From IMG/VR virus record IMGVR_UViG_3300042469_000981: a DNA stretch of 64,000 nt; one strand, given 5' to 3'. The notes under the pieces are model-generated. The model was not told where the DNA came from, made no database searches, and saw nothing but the letters and a program-made list of their open reading frames with translations. This document shows positions 10,282 through 18,993 of this stretch, one piece after another (positions within the stretch are counted from its first letter, which is position 1; every line of letters starts with the position of its first letter). Both the position numbers and the translations under genes were made by a program. Origin of the DNA: a virus.

Positions 10282-12017
10282 TATTTTGTTGCGTTATAGT
10301 TTTGTAAGACTTCGTCTGCTGTTAATCCTCTGTTATATAAGTTAACACTAGCTATGTTACCATTAAAAAATCCACCAACAGCTCCCCCAACATAAGCTCC
10401 TATTTGAACAGGAACTGTTGTTGATGTTACGGCTGTATTGAAGCTTGAATTAGTTTGTTTTAATACACCATTGATATATACCTTACCATTACCTGCACCA
10501 TCTGATGTGGCAACAACATGATTCCATTGGTTATATTGTATATTTGTAAGTGCAGGATTATTTACGTAAGTCCAATTTGAATTGAACACTCCAAACCAAA
10601 TATATGGAGTTCCTGTATCATTAGCAATGTACAATTCAAAACTTCTTTCATTAGCACCATAAGTTGCTCTAGTACATATAATTTCGTAGGTTCCATTAGG
10701 TACAATATTAGCATAAAACCATGCTTCTATTGAAAAATTAGCATTAGCAAAATCATATGCTGAATTGTATGTAGTATTTATATAATCATCAGTTCCATCA
10801 AATACAATAACACCTCCATCTTTAGGACTAAACGTAGGTCCATTAGTTAAAGTACCATTAACACTTCCTGTTAAATTGTACCATGCGGTTCCTGATTTAG
10901 GATATGATACTAAATTACCAGCATCTAAAGCAAATACTAATCCACTTGTTACTATTGGACCACCGTAGTAGTTTTGAGCTACTTCTGCTGCTGTGAGTGC
11001 TTTAGGATAAACTAAAGCTTGAGCTATATCCCCAGTTAATATTTCACTAGCTGCTGAAGGAGTATAGGAACTTAAAACATGTACTCCGTTAGTTCCTCCA
11101 TTACTTCCAATATTAACTCCCGTTTGAGTTGCTACTCCATTTAAATAAGCAGTTGCTGTTGAACCATTGTAAGTCATTGTTAAATGATAAAAACGTCCTG
11201 TAGCTATAGTGCCTCCGTTGGTGTAAAGTAATCCACCCCCACCTCCATTTCTACCATACATGAAAGCATTATTACTGTAAAATCCAATCTGAGAAAGTAA
11301 TCCTCCTGTACCTAATACTGTTTGGTAAGTACCACCACCACTAGTTCTAGCTACAGCAGTTAATGTAAAAGAAGAAGTAGTATTACTTGGTAAAGTTGTG
11401 TTAACAGCTACAGCATAATCATCTGATCCGTCAAAATTAATCCATCCGTTTGAGTTATAAGTAGGCCCGTTAATTAAATTAAATCTATTATTTTGACCAC
11501 TTATATCATACCAAGTAGATCCTGTTGTAGGGTATGAAATAATTTGATTACCATGAATATATAACCCTAAATTATCAGCATCAATTTGCTCATAATAATC
11601 AGGCCCAACAGCAAAATAATTACTAGAAGAGGCAATCCAATTCAACGCTTGTGAACCAGAGTTAAATGGAGTTTGACCTATTCTATCCGGTAAACCATTT
11701 ACAATTGTTATAACATCTAAAGAAGATGTACCTACTGTTACCCAAAACACAGGAGCTGAATATTCATCTACTGCAGGTAAACCGCCTTCAACATAAGCAC
11801 CTCCCGCGTTTGAGCGAGATACATAGTAGTTAGCTGTATAATTATCTGAAATAATTGTATAGAATTGTCCGTTATTTGGAATATCGGAATACCAATTAGT
11901 ACTGTTGTAGTTTTGCCCGTAATTTTTTCCGGCAGTTTCTACCCCGTAACTAACTCTGGATGTCTGTAAGCTTCCTGAAATTGGGGATAGGTCATTAACA
12001 GCTACTGGGTTTGGCAT
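10281..12017 (-). CDS. Multi-LamG receptor-binding/tail protein, 2 LamG domains
   Basis: 578 aa; two LamG modules, N-terminal domain related to 3447 and 6077. Confidence 0.85.
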   Translation of the reverse strand: MPNPVAVNDLSPISGSLQTSRVSYGVETAGKNYGQNYNSTNWYSDIPNNGQFYTIISDNYTANYYVSRSNAGGAYVEGGLPAVDEYSAPVFWVTVGTSSLDVITIVNGLPDRIGQTPFNSGSQALNWIASSSNYFAVGPDYYEQIDADNLGLYIHGNQIISYPTTGSTWYDISGQNNRFNLINGPTYNSNGWINFDGSDDYAVAVNTTLPSNTTSSFTLTAVARTSGGGTYQTVLGTGGLLSQIGFYSNNAFMYGRNGGGGGLLYTNGGTIATGRFYHLTMTYNGSTATAYLNGVATQTGVNIGSNGGTNGVHVLSSYTPSAASEILTGDIAQALVYPKALTAAEVAQNYYGGPIVTSGLVFALDAGNLVSYPKSGTAWYNLTGSVNGTLTNGPTFSPKDGGVIVFDGTDDYINTTYNSAYDFANANFSIEAWFYANIVPNGTYEIICTRATYGANERSFELYIANDTGTPYIWFGVFNSNWTYVNNPALTNIQYNQWNHVVATSDGAGNGKVYINGVLKQTNSSFNTAVTSTTVPVQIGAYVGGAVGGFFNGNIASVNLYNRGLTADEVLQNYNATK

Positions 12018-12026
12018 AGTGTATGA

Positions 12027-12410
12027 TTATAAATATGGAGAACCGGTAGGTGCTGAACCTGTAGGACATTCAAATCGTTCGCAATAATCTTTTTGGTAAA
12101 TAGGCATTGCATTACCAAATGTGGTTAACTCTGTACCAGGAAAAGGCCATACCTCACTTGAACTGAAATTAGGTAATGGTTCTTGATTCCATAAAATATC
12201 TACTGCTGATGCTGTAGACCAAAGTGAGCAAGACATAATAGGCATTCCCATAGGAGAGCTTGCGCTTACATACTGTTCACAAATTGGACCCATAACATAA
12301 ACTGTTTGGGTATATTGCCAAGTTGTTTCACCACCAGGTGTTGTAATGCTTTGTGTTATCTCATTTAATAGAGATAAATCATTCATTAAATATTTTCTGT
12401 ATTGATACAT
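12027..12410 (-). CDS. Hypothetical small virion-associated protein (Cys-containing)
   Basis: 127 aa ORF in tightly packed operon; ends PTGSAPTGSPYL. Confidence 0.55.
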   Translation of the reverse strand: MYQYRKYLMNDLSLLNEITQSITTPGGETTWQYTQTVYVMGPICEQYVSASSPMGMPIMSCSLWSTASAVDILWNQEPLPNFSSSEVWPFPGTELTTFGNAMPIYQKDYCERFECPTGSAPTGSPYL

Positions 12411-12411
12411 A

Positions 12412-12750
12412 TTAAATTGATCCAGTTGGCATACAAGGTACTTCTACCCAATTAATAATTGATTCATCCCAAACGTAACACTTACCATCATTTGGATAAG
12501 GCACAGGAGCTACCCAATCATAATTTGAGTCTAAAACCCAAGACGGGTAAGGTTGGGGACATATAAATACATTTGCTTCAGCATCGTAGGTATAACCTAT
12601 ACCCGCGTATTGTTTGCGGAATGAACCGTCTATTGATGTCTCTATCCAATTAGTAGGATCGCCTTCGGCGCCTGTATTGATAAATTCTTGAGTGGCTACT
12701 ATAACAGTAGTAACAACACTGTATTGGTTTATGTGTGCGAAGTATCCCAT
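12412..12750 (-). CDS. Conserved phage tail-associated small protein
   Basis: 112 aa; MGYFAHI...FRKQYAGIGYTYD...FICPQPYPSWVLD...W.APVPYP.DG..Y.WDE pattern typical of proteins adjacent to Gly-rich fibre genes. Confidence 0.65.
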   Translation of the reverse strand: MGYFAHINQYSVVTTVIVATQEFINTGAEGDPTNWIETSIDGSFRKQYAGIGYTYDAEANVFICPQPYPSWVLDSNYDWVAPVPYPNDGKCYVWDESIINWVEVPCMPTGSI

Positions 12751-12929
12751 TGTGTTTTATCTTTTTCTATTTGTTCGTTTATTTCTTCCCAAGTAGGAGG
12801 TTGTGTTCCTGTAGGATCATTCCACTTGGTAAATGTTGTATTATATAATTCAAATTGAGCATGTGGACGTAATTTTTTAACTGCTACATCTACACCCCAT
12901 AACCCTAAATATTGTTCAAAAATATCCAT
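12729..12929 (-). CDS. Small tail-associated protein (XkdW-like N-terminus)
   Basis: 66 aa; AVKKLRPHAQFEL...KWNDPTGTQPPTWEEI pattern. Confidence 0.5.
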   Translation of the reverse strand: MDIFEQYLGLWGVDVAVKKLRPHAQFELYNTTFTKWNDPTGTQPPTWEEINEQIEKDKTQWDTSHT

Positions 12930-12930
12930 A

Positions 12931-15507
12931 TTAAGTTAAATAACGTACTATTACTATACCTGAGCCACCATTTCCAGCTGTAGTAGCATTAGCACCACCA
13001 CCACCTCCTCCACCTGTATTTGAAACACCTGAAGTATTAGGGGTTAAAACTCCATTAATTAATCCAACACTATTACCTCCTCCTCCAAGTCCACCAAGAC
13101 CTGAATTAGGAATAGTTCCTGAGAAGTTATGACTACCTCCACCTCCACCTCCACCTGAGTAATAGGTAGAAAATCCAGTAATTGAATATGCTAAACCATC
13201 TCCACCGGCTGTTCCATCTAGAACACCTGAGGTATCTGTAGAGTTTTCACCAGCTTCACCAGCACCACCACCTCCACCTGCAGATCTTGAACTATTAAGA
13301 TCATCTCCTCCTTTATTACCTTGACCAGTAATACCTGCAGCACCTGCTACTCCTGAGTCACCACCAGCTCCACCACCAGATCCTCCTATACTAGGTACAT
13401 TTGGATTTTGATCAGCACCTCCTCTACCACCACCAATAGCAGTTAATCCGCCAAATACAGAATTTGACCCGTTAGTAGCATTGTTTTGATCAATAGTACC
13501 TCCACTACCACCGGCACCAATAGTTACAGTAATACCACTACCTGCGGAAACACCATAAGAAGATACATAAAGTAATCCTCCGGCACCTCCGCCTCCTCCT
13601 CCTCCACCATTAACATTAGATTCAGCTCCTCCACCTCCACCACCTCCAGCAACAACAAGTACTTCTACTTGACCTGTAAATGAAGGAGTAAAGGTTGCTG
13701 AACCTGTAAATGTATGAATAGTAAATGGTCCTGAATATGAAATTGTACCACCTGAACCTGAATTGAAATTAGTCCAAGCTTGAACTTGGGCTTGACTTAT
13801 TGAAGTATCAGGAATAGAAGCTAATGTATTTACAGCAAAATTATTACCAGGGACAGCATAAGTTTGCATATTTGTAAAATAAAGAGCATCAAAATATGTT
13901 CCTGTATATAGTAAAGATCCATTTACATACCAATATGAATTGGTATTGGTAAAATACCAAGCAGATCTATTTTTACCTTGTTTAGGAGTAAAACTCCCAG
14001 CATAAAAATATCCACCACTATTGTTTCCATCCCAATATATTTGTCCTGATCCTCCTAAATTAGCAAAATAAAAATAATCTGATCCTGCAGACGGGTTATT
14101 ATATAAAAATGTGTCGTAACGATTTCCACTTTCAAAATTATAAAAATCAAAATCATATAATATAACTCCAGGTTTAGAAGCAAATGCTTTTGTAGGACCA
14201 GGTGAATTGAAAACAACATCATTAGCAGCTCTAGTTACTGTTGCTGAAGTTGTTGGGATGTATGATGTTGCAAAATTTCCTTCTTCGCTTTGGGCTCCCC
14301 AAATATAAACATAATCCCCAACTGCGTAACCACCGGCAAAATAAGGATTAATAGATCGGTTAGCATCCATTTTAACTCCTATGCGATACCATCCATCTTT
14401 ATAAGGTTCAATTGTACCTGTTCCACTTATTATAGTTCCGTTATATAAATTAAATTCTGTACCAAAAGATGTATTTCCTCTATATAAACTTAATCTACCA
14501 ACATTTCCTGCTTTAGCGAATATAGTTGTATATCCGTCACTTACAGGAGCTGATGTTCCTATTTCTCCACTAGTAGCTGTTAATACTAGTTTAGATGCGT
14601 TCATAGTACCGTCAGGAGAGATAGCAGCACTTCCTGTTACAGTAACACTATATTTACCCCAAACAGCATTAGTAAAATCTTGACTATAAGTGTTTACATT
14701 TGTTCTTTGTGGTTCTTGTAATAATTTACCTTTACCATTTTTATAATCAATTCGAGGATAACCTAAACGGTCTGTTGTTGGTTGGTATGGTTTTACACCA
14801 CCTGTATTAAACATAGCACCCCACACAAATACACTTGTACCTGTGCCAACGTAACCGGCAGATGTAAATGTTGATTGGTTTAATAACATACATAAAAAGT
14901 ATAAGTTACCTCCAATCAATGAAGTTGCATATGTAAAAGTTCCAGTTACATAATACCAACCACCACCTACATTTGTTATTGTAGAAGTTAGAGTATCACC
15001 CCCTGTGTTTACAAAATTTTGAGTAATTGTACCATTTACTAAATCAACAACTACTTGACTTCTGTAGACACTATCATCTGTAAGACCAAAACTAAAATAT
15101 TGGTGATTATTGTATTTTACATAAAGAGAAAAAGACATTGTTTGTGGGCTTCCATACCCTGTAAATGCTCCTTGATATACTCTATGGGCGGCATTATTAC
15201 TATTATTAGCTATAGTATCTGCAGTTGTTGTTCCGTTAGGTGCTATAGTACTGTTTGCTGTTACAGATGTATCATTTAATATCCACGGACTAGATCCAAT
15301 TGCCTCACTTTGATTTATTAAATTAGCCGGTACTGTTTCAATATAACCTTGTTGGTTAACTCGAGTACCACCTCCACTATTTCCACCAACAGCACCATCA
15401 ACAGTACCATCATTAGGTAAAACAGAATATACCTTATCTTCTTGATAAGAAATTATACTACCCGCAGGATTAAAAATAAAAGAGGAATTATTGAGTATAC
15501 TCGCCAT
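12931..15507 (-). CDS. Fibre/spike protein: two carbohydrate-binding-like jelly-roll domains plus C-terminal glycine-rich domain
   Basis: 858 aa; two TN/NL...W...APxGT..A..L...GWY/R modules; TIHTFTGS...VEVLVVAGGGGGG...GGSGIVIVRY C-terminus. Confidence 0.75.
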   Translation of the reverse strand: MASILNNSSFIFNPAGSIISYQEDKVYSVLPNDGTVDGAVGGNSGGGTRVNQQGYIETVPANLINQSEAIGSSPWILNDTSVTANSTIAPNGTTTADTIANNSNNAAHRVYQGAFTGYGSPQTMSFSLYVKYNNHQYFSFGLTDDSVYRSQVVVDLVNGTITQNFVNTGGDTLTSTITNVGGGWYYVTGTFTYATSLIGGNLYFLCMLLNQSTFTSAGYVGTGTSVFVWGAMFNTGGVKPYQPTTDRLGYPRIDYKNGKGKLLQEPQRTNVNTYSQDFTNAVWGKYSVTVTGSAAISPDGTMNASKLVLTATSGEIGTSAPVSDGYTTIFAKAGNVGRLSLYRGNTSFGTEFNLYNGTIISGTGTIEPYKDGWYRIGVKMDANRSINPYFAGGYAVGDYVYIWGAQSEEGNFATSYIPTTSATVTRAANDVVFNSPGPTKAFASKPGVILYDFDFYNFESGNRYDTFLYNNPSAGSDYFYFANLGGSGQIYWDGNNSGGYFYAGSFTPKQGKNRSAWYFTNTNSYWYVNGSLLYTGTYFDALYFTNMQTYAVPGNNFAVNTLASIPDTSISQAQVQAWTNFNSGSGGTISYSGPFTIHTFTGSATFTPSFTGQVEVLVVAGGGGGGGAESNVNGGGGGGGGAGGLLYVSSYGVSAGSGITVTIGAGGSGGTIDQNNATNGSNSVFGGLTAIGGGRGGADQNPNVPSIGGSGGGAGGDSGVAGAAGITGQGNKGGDDLNSSRSAGGGGGAGEAGENSTDTSGVLDGTAGGDGLAYSITGFSTYYSGGGGGGGSHNFSGTIPNSGLGGLGGGGNSVGLINGVLTPNTSGVSNTGGGGGGGANATTAGNGGSGIVIVRYLT

Positions 15508-15524
15508 TTAGTAACAGTTATATG

Positions 15525-15534
15525 TTATAAATAT
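15525..15534 (-). promoter_or_regulatory. ATATTTATAA late-promoter-like motif
   Basis: 17 nt upstream of the 12931..15507 ATG. Confidence 0.6.
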
Positions 15535-15541
15535 TGTATCT

Positions 15542-16657
15542 TTATAAAGCAGTAATGAAGTAAGTTTCATATCCTCCATGACACCAACCGTAACCAAGTG
15601 GGAATTTCTCACTCATTAAATCATGAATAGAATTTTCCGGAATGTTACTACGTTCATCAAACTTTAGTTTAATGTGGATGCCTGGATTAGTTTGTTTTAG
15701 TTTATCTATAATGTTAGTTAGACTACTGAATGTTTGTTCGTTAAGGCAAACTATAACTTCGTCAAATTTCATATCTGAAGTACTATCAAAGTACAAATCA
15801 TGATCAAAGAATAATTCCTTTAGTAGCTGACGTTCATATACCTTAATATCTTCTTTTACATAAAGTATACTCTGTCTTGAAGATGCTGTATTAAAATCAC
15901 CCATAGCAAAATCTCTAGATTGATACTTGATAGGTAGGTAGTATAATGAGGTTGTTAGTTTGTCTGGATTGTTTAAGTAAGGGAACTTGCTTTCAATAAA
16001 TAATCTTTCTGCTTCAATCTCAGCATAAGTTTCACCTGATCTTCCTGGTTCTCTTGAAAATGTGTCTATTGAGTAGTTATACTCATATAAGGTTCTAGGA
16101 ATATACAACCATTTTCCTTTAGTTTCAACATATCTAACTATGTTAGTATCGTTTTGATACCACTTTAATTGACCCTCGTCAAAACTAGGTATAATATTTC
16201 TCCAAGCCCGTCCCATTGGGGTATAGTTAAAAGTAGATATTTCTTCATAATCATAGTGGCCTCCTCCTTGAATTTCTACAAATTCACCTTTTTCATTTAT
16301 ATTTTTTGAATAACAGCTTATACCCGCTACATCAGGATGTTTTAAAAATAAGTGATTGTAAACCTCTAAAATGCGAGGATAAGCATAATCATCACTATCA
16401 AACTGAATTACTATTTCTCCGGTTGTTCCAGATTGTGGATTATAAAAGCATTCTTTTTTTCTAGACTGCTGATAGTACTTTACTCTAGAATCTTTTTTAC
16501 AAATTTCCTTTAGTAATTCTTCAGCATTGTTATAGTCTGAAAAGTCATCAGTAACAATCCATTCCCAATCTTGATGGGTTTGGTCTAGAATTTGTTTGTA
16601 TAGTTTTTCAACTAAATGGCTTCTTCTATAGAATGATGTGCTTATACTAAATTTCAT
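15542..16657 (-). CDS. Glycosyltransferase family 2 (GT-A fold)
   Basis: MKFSISTSFY...QTHQDWEWIVTDDFS...IQFDSDD (DxD); start moved to 16657 for an ATGA overlap with the upstream stop. Confidence 0.85.
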   Translation of the reverse strand: MKFSISTSFYRRSHLVEKLYKQILDQTHQDWEWIVTDDFSDYNNAEELLKEICKKDSRVKYYQQSRKKECFYNPQSGTTGEIVIQFDSDDYAYPRILEVYNHLFLKHPDVAGISCYSKNINEKGEFVEIQGGGHYDYEEISTFNYTPMGRAWRNIIPSFDEGQLKWYQNDTNIVRYVETKGKWLYIPRTLYEYNYSIDTFSREPGRSGETYAEIEAERLFIESKFPYLNNPDKLTTSLYYLPIKYQSRDFAMGDFNTASSRQSILYVKEDIKVYERQLLKELFFDHDLYFDSTSDMKFDEVIVCLNEQTFSSLTNIIDKLKQTNPGIHIKLKFDERSNIPENSIHDLMSEKFPLGYGWCHGGYETYFITAL

Positions 16658-17268
16658 GGTTTCCAGATTCCTATCCCACCGAAGTGTTCTTTTTGTCCAA
16701 AACAAGTTGTTTTACCTGATGATTTTATAGTAACTATGTTAGTTTTAGAACCATAAGATAGGTCCTGCCAAAATTTATATACCTGTCCACCAGCACCATC
16801 TCTAAAGATATGGTCAGGATCAATATCATGAAACACAATATACCCTCTAGGTGACAATAATTCTTGATATAATTCAAAATCACGTCTTACACCTTCATAT
16901 GAATGATCTCCATCAATAAAAATTAGATCATATTCAGGGCAGAACTCTTTAACTTTATCTCTTGTTTCTTCAGTTTGTGAATCAGCTATAAATAACTTAA
17001 AGTCTTCTCCATACATCATATAGTGAGACCAAATTGTTCTACCTTTATCCTCATAATCAACAGCTGCTTTTTTACCTGTTGATAATTGAGACATAATATG
17101 AAATGAACTTCCTTTAAATCCAATTTCTAGGATATTGTTAGCTTGAAATCCTTTAAGCCAGTAACCAAATGTAGTTATCTCCTCATAAACCTGCTGGAAT
17201 AAAGTAGGTTCGATAAGGAAATCCTTAACATGATAGTCAATTAATTCCTGTATACTTATGTCTTTCAT
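16654..17268 (-). CDS. Class I SAM-dependent methyltransferase (Methyltransf_24-like, probable sugar O-methyltransferase)
   Basis: 204 aa; ILEIG motif I, YDLIFIDGDHSYEGVRRDF, GYIVFHD. Confidence 0.85.
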   Translation of the reverse strand: MKDISIQELIDYHVKDFLIEPTLFQQVYEEITTFGYWLKGFQANNILEIGFKGSSFHIMSQLSTGKKAAVDYEDKGRTIWSHYMMYGEDFKLFIADSQTEETRDKVKEFCPEYDLIFIDGDHSYEGVRRDFELYQELLSPRGYIVFHDIDPDHIFRDGAGGQVYKFWQDLSYGSKTNIVTIKSSGKTTCFGQKEHFGGIGIWKP

Positions 17269-18218
17269 TAGCTAAAAAAGAATACTGTTCCGTTTTCACT
17301 TTCAATATTACATCCATCTTCAAATTGGCATTTAAATCCTAATGAATTAAAACGTTCAACTATAGAATTTAAACGTCCTTGTGAATTGTGGTATTCTAAA
17401 AGAATTTTATCTGTTATTTCGAATATAGCATTTGATGTACTATCAATAACATTCCATTCTTCACCTTCAATATCTAATTTTAAAAGATTAATTTTATTCC
17501 AACCTAAAGTATTTACTACATTCTGCAGGGTTGTTGTTTGTACTATTTTAGTATTAGGATTATCGAAAGTAGAAAATTCACTGTGCTGAATATCTAAAGT
17601 TGAGATTAAAGGATTATCTTCCTTCCAGTATAAAGCGGTTTGTTCTTCTCGGTCAGATAGTGCTTCACCGATAATAGTTATATTAATATTATCTAAAAAA
17701 TTACTAATTAAAGCCTTGATGCTTCTATCATCACATTCTATAGCAGCTACAAGCTTGGCTCCTTTATTTAAAATGTATTGAGTAAATAAACCGACACTGG
17801 CCCCAGCGTCAATTACCTTCTCACAATTACTCAAATCAAAGTCTTTATATTTGTCATCAACAAAAAACTCTCGGTAATTAACAAATGATGGATGGTAGTA
17901 ATCGTTTATATTCTGTTTATGCTTGTATAGATTAGTGTATCTAAACCTCAAAATGATTCTGTCTAAGACTACACCTTCATCAATTAATTCTAAGGTAAAA
18001 CCTCCAAAATCCTCTCTACTAAAATCAAATCCGTGTTTAGGGGTTGGTTGGAAGAATACATAAAGACCGGGTTGTACGTCCCATATCTTCATTTTGTATA
18101 TAGTAGCATCTAAATCAATGTCTTTAGCTACTATGTAACCATTCTTAACAGGGTGATAAACACGAAGATCAATTCGCTGTTCATCAAAATTGTAATTTAT
18201 TAATTCAAAACTTTTCAT
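17268..18218 (-). CDS. FkbM-family methyltransferase with extra N-terminal domain
   Basis: 316 aa; VIDAGASVGLF, IECD, INLLKLDIEGEE, ILLEYH. Confidence 0.9.
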   Translation of the reverse strand: MKSFELINYNFDEQRIDLRVYHPVKNGYIVAKDIDLDATIYKMKIWDVQPGLYVFFQPTPKHGFDFSREDFGGFTLELIDEGVVLDRIILRFRYTNLYKHKQNINDYYHPSFVNYREFFVDDKYKDFDLSNCEKVIDAGASVGLFTQYILNKGAKLVAAIECDDRSIKALISNFLDNINITIIGEALSDREEQTALYWKEDNPLISTLDIQHSEFSTFDNPNTKIVQTTTLQNVVNTLGWNKINLLKLDIEGEEWNVIDSTSNAIFEITDKILLEYHNSQGRLNSIVERFNSLGFKCQFEDGCNIESENGTVFFFS

Positions 18219-18243
18219 TATTTATAAAACTTTTTATTTTCTT

Positions 18244-18990
18244 TTACCCTAGTAACGGGACTATCCCGGCGTAGAGTGGTTCTCCAGTTATGCTAAATGG
18301 AGTTGTGTCTCCTCCAAGTACAACTGCTCCTTTAACTAAGTTACCGGCACTCAAACCAAGTGTATTCTGTATTGTATAACTGTTTTCTGTGTAAGCTAAA
18401 ATATTTGCTACAATCCTAGCTTTGTCTCCAGGTGTAGCTAAGTTAAAGCTAAATGGTGGTTGTGTCCAAGAAATATTATTTATCAAACTTACCCAAGTTC
18501 CTTCTGATGCTAGTGGGTTAGATGAATTAGGTAATCCTCTTTGTGATTTCCATCCATTCTGAAATAAATCATCTTCGTCGGTGAAAGCGTACTGTACTAT
18601 GTGAGATCCAGCGGCGAATGTAGAATCATTCAACGAAGGTGTTACTATGTAGTAAGCATTACCTGCAGGTTCATTAAGTGAAGTAAAGGTTACTCCTGGT
18701 GCTGCTGTAGCAATAGAGGCAGAGTCTATAGTATAAGCCGATAATTGAACGAAGTATAATTTACCTCTAGTTGTTCCTACAGGATAGGGAGTATACATTT
18801 GAAAGTCTTTTAATGCATTATTTCCTCTACTTCCAGTAGGCCATGTAAATTTATTATTTGGAGTAGAGGGAGGTGTGATGCCTAAGTAAGCATAGTTGTA
18901 GTTACTAGAAGCCATTTGGCCATTCCAAAAAGTATCTAATGATCCTGTGTTATTAGCACCTACGCCGGTTGCCATCCAAATTCCTGCCAT
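18244..18990 (-). CDS. Hypothetical protein, probably structural, embedded in glycosylation cluster
   Basis: 248 aa, G/T/N/S-rich and low in charge; own ATATTTATTA motif at 18995..19004. Confidence 0.5.
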   Translation of the reverse strand: MAGIWMATGVGANNTGSLDTFWNGQMASSNYNYAYLGITPPSTPNNKFTWPTGSRGNNALKDFQMYTPYPVGTTRGKLYFVQLSAYTIDSASIATAAPGVTFTSLNEPAGNAYYIVTPSLNDSTFAAGSHIVQYAFTDEDDLFQNGWKSQRGLPNSSNPLASEGTWVSLINNISWTQPPFSFNLATPGDKARIVANILAYTENSYTIQNTLGLSAGNLVKGAVVLGGDTTPFSITGEPLYAGIVPLLG

Positions 18991-18993
18991 ATA

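Noticed and set aside
3447-15507. Possible diversity-generating retroelement acting on lectin genes
   Set aside because: No reverse transcriptase and no template/variable repeat pair differing only at adenines seen in this window. It cannot be excluded elsewhere in the genome.
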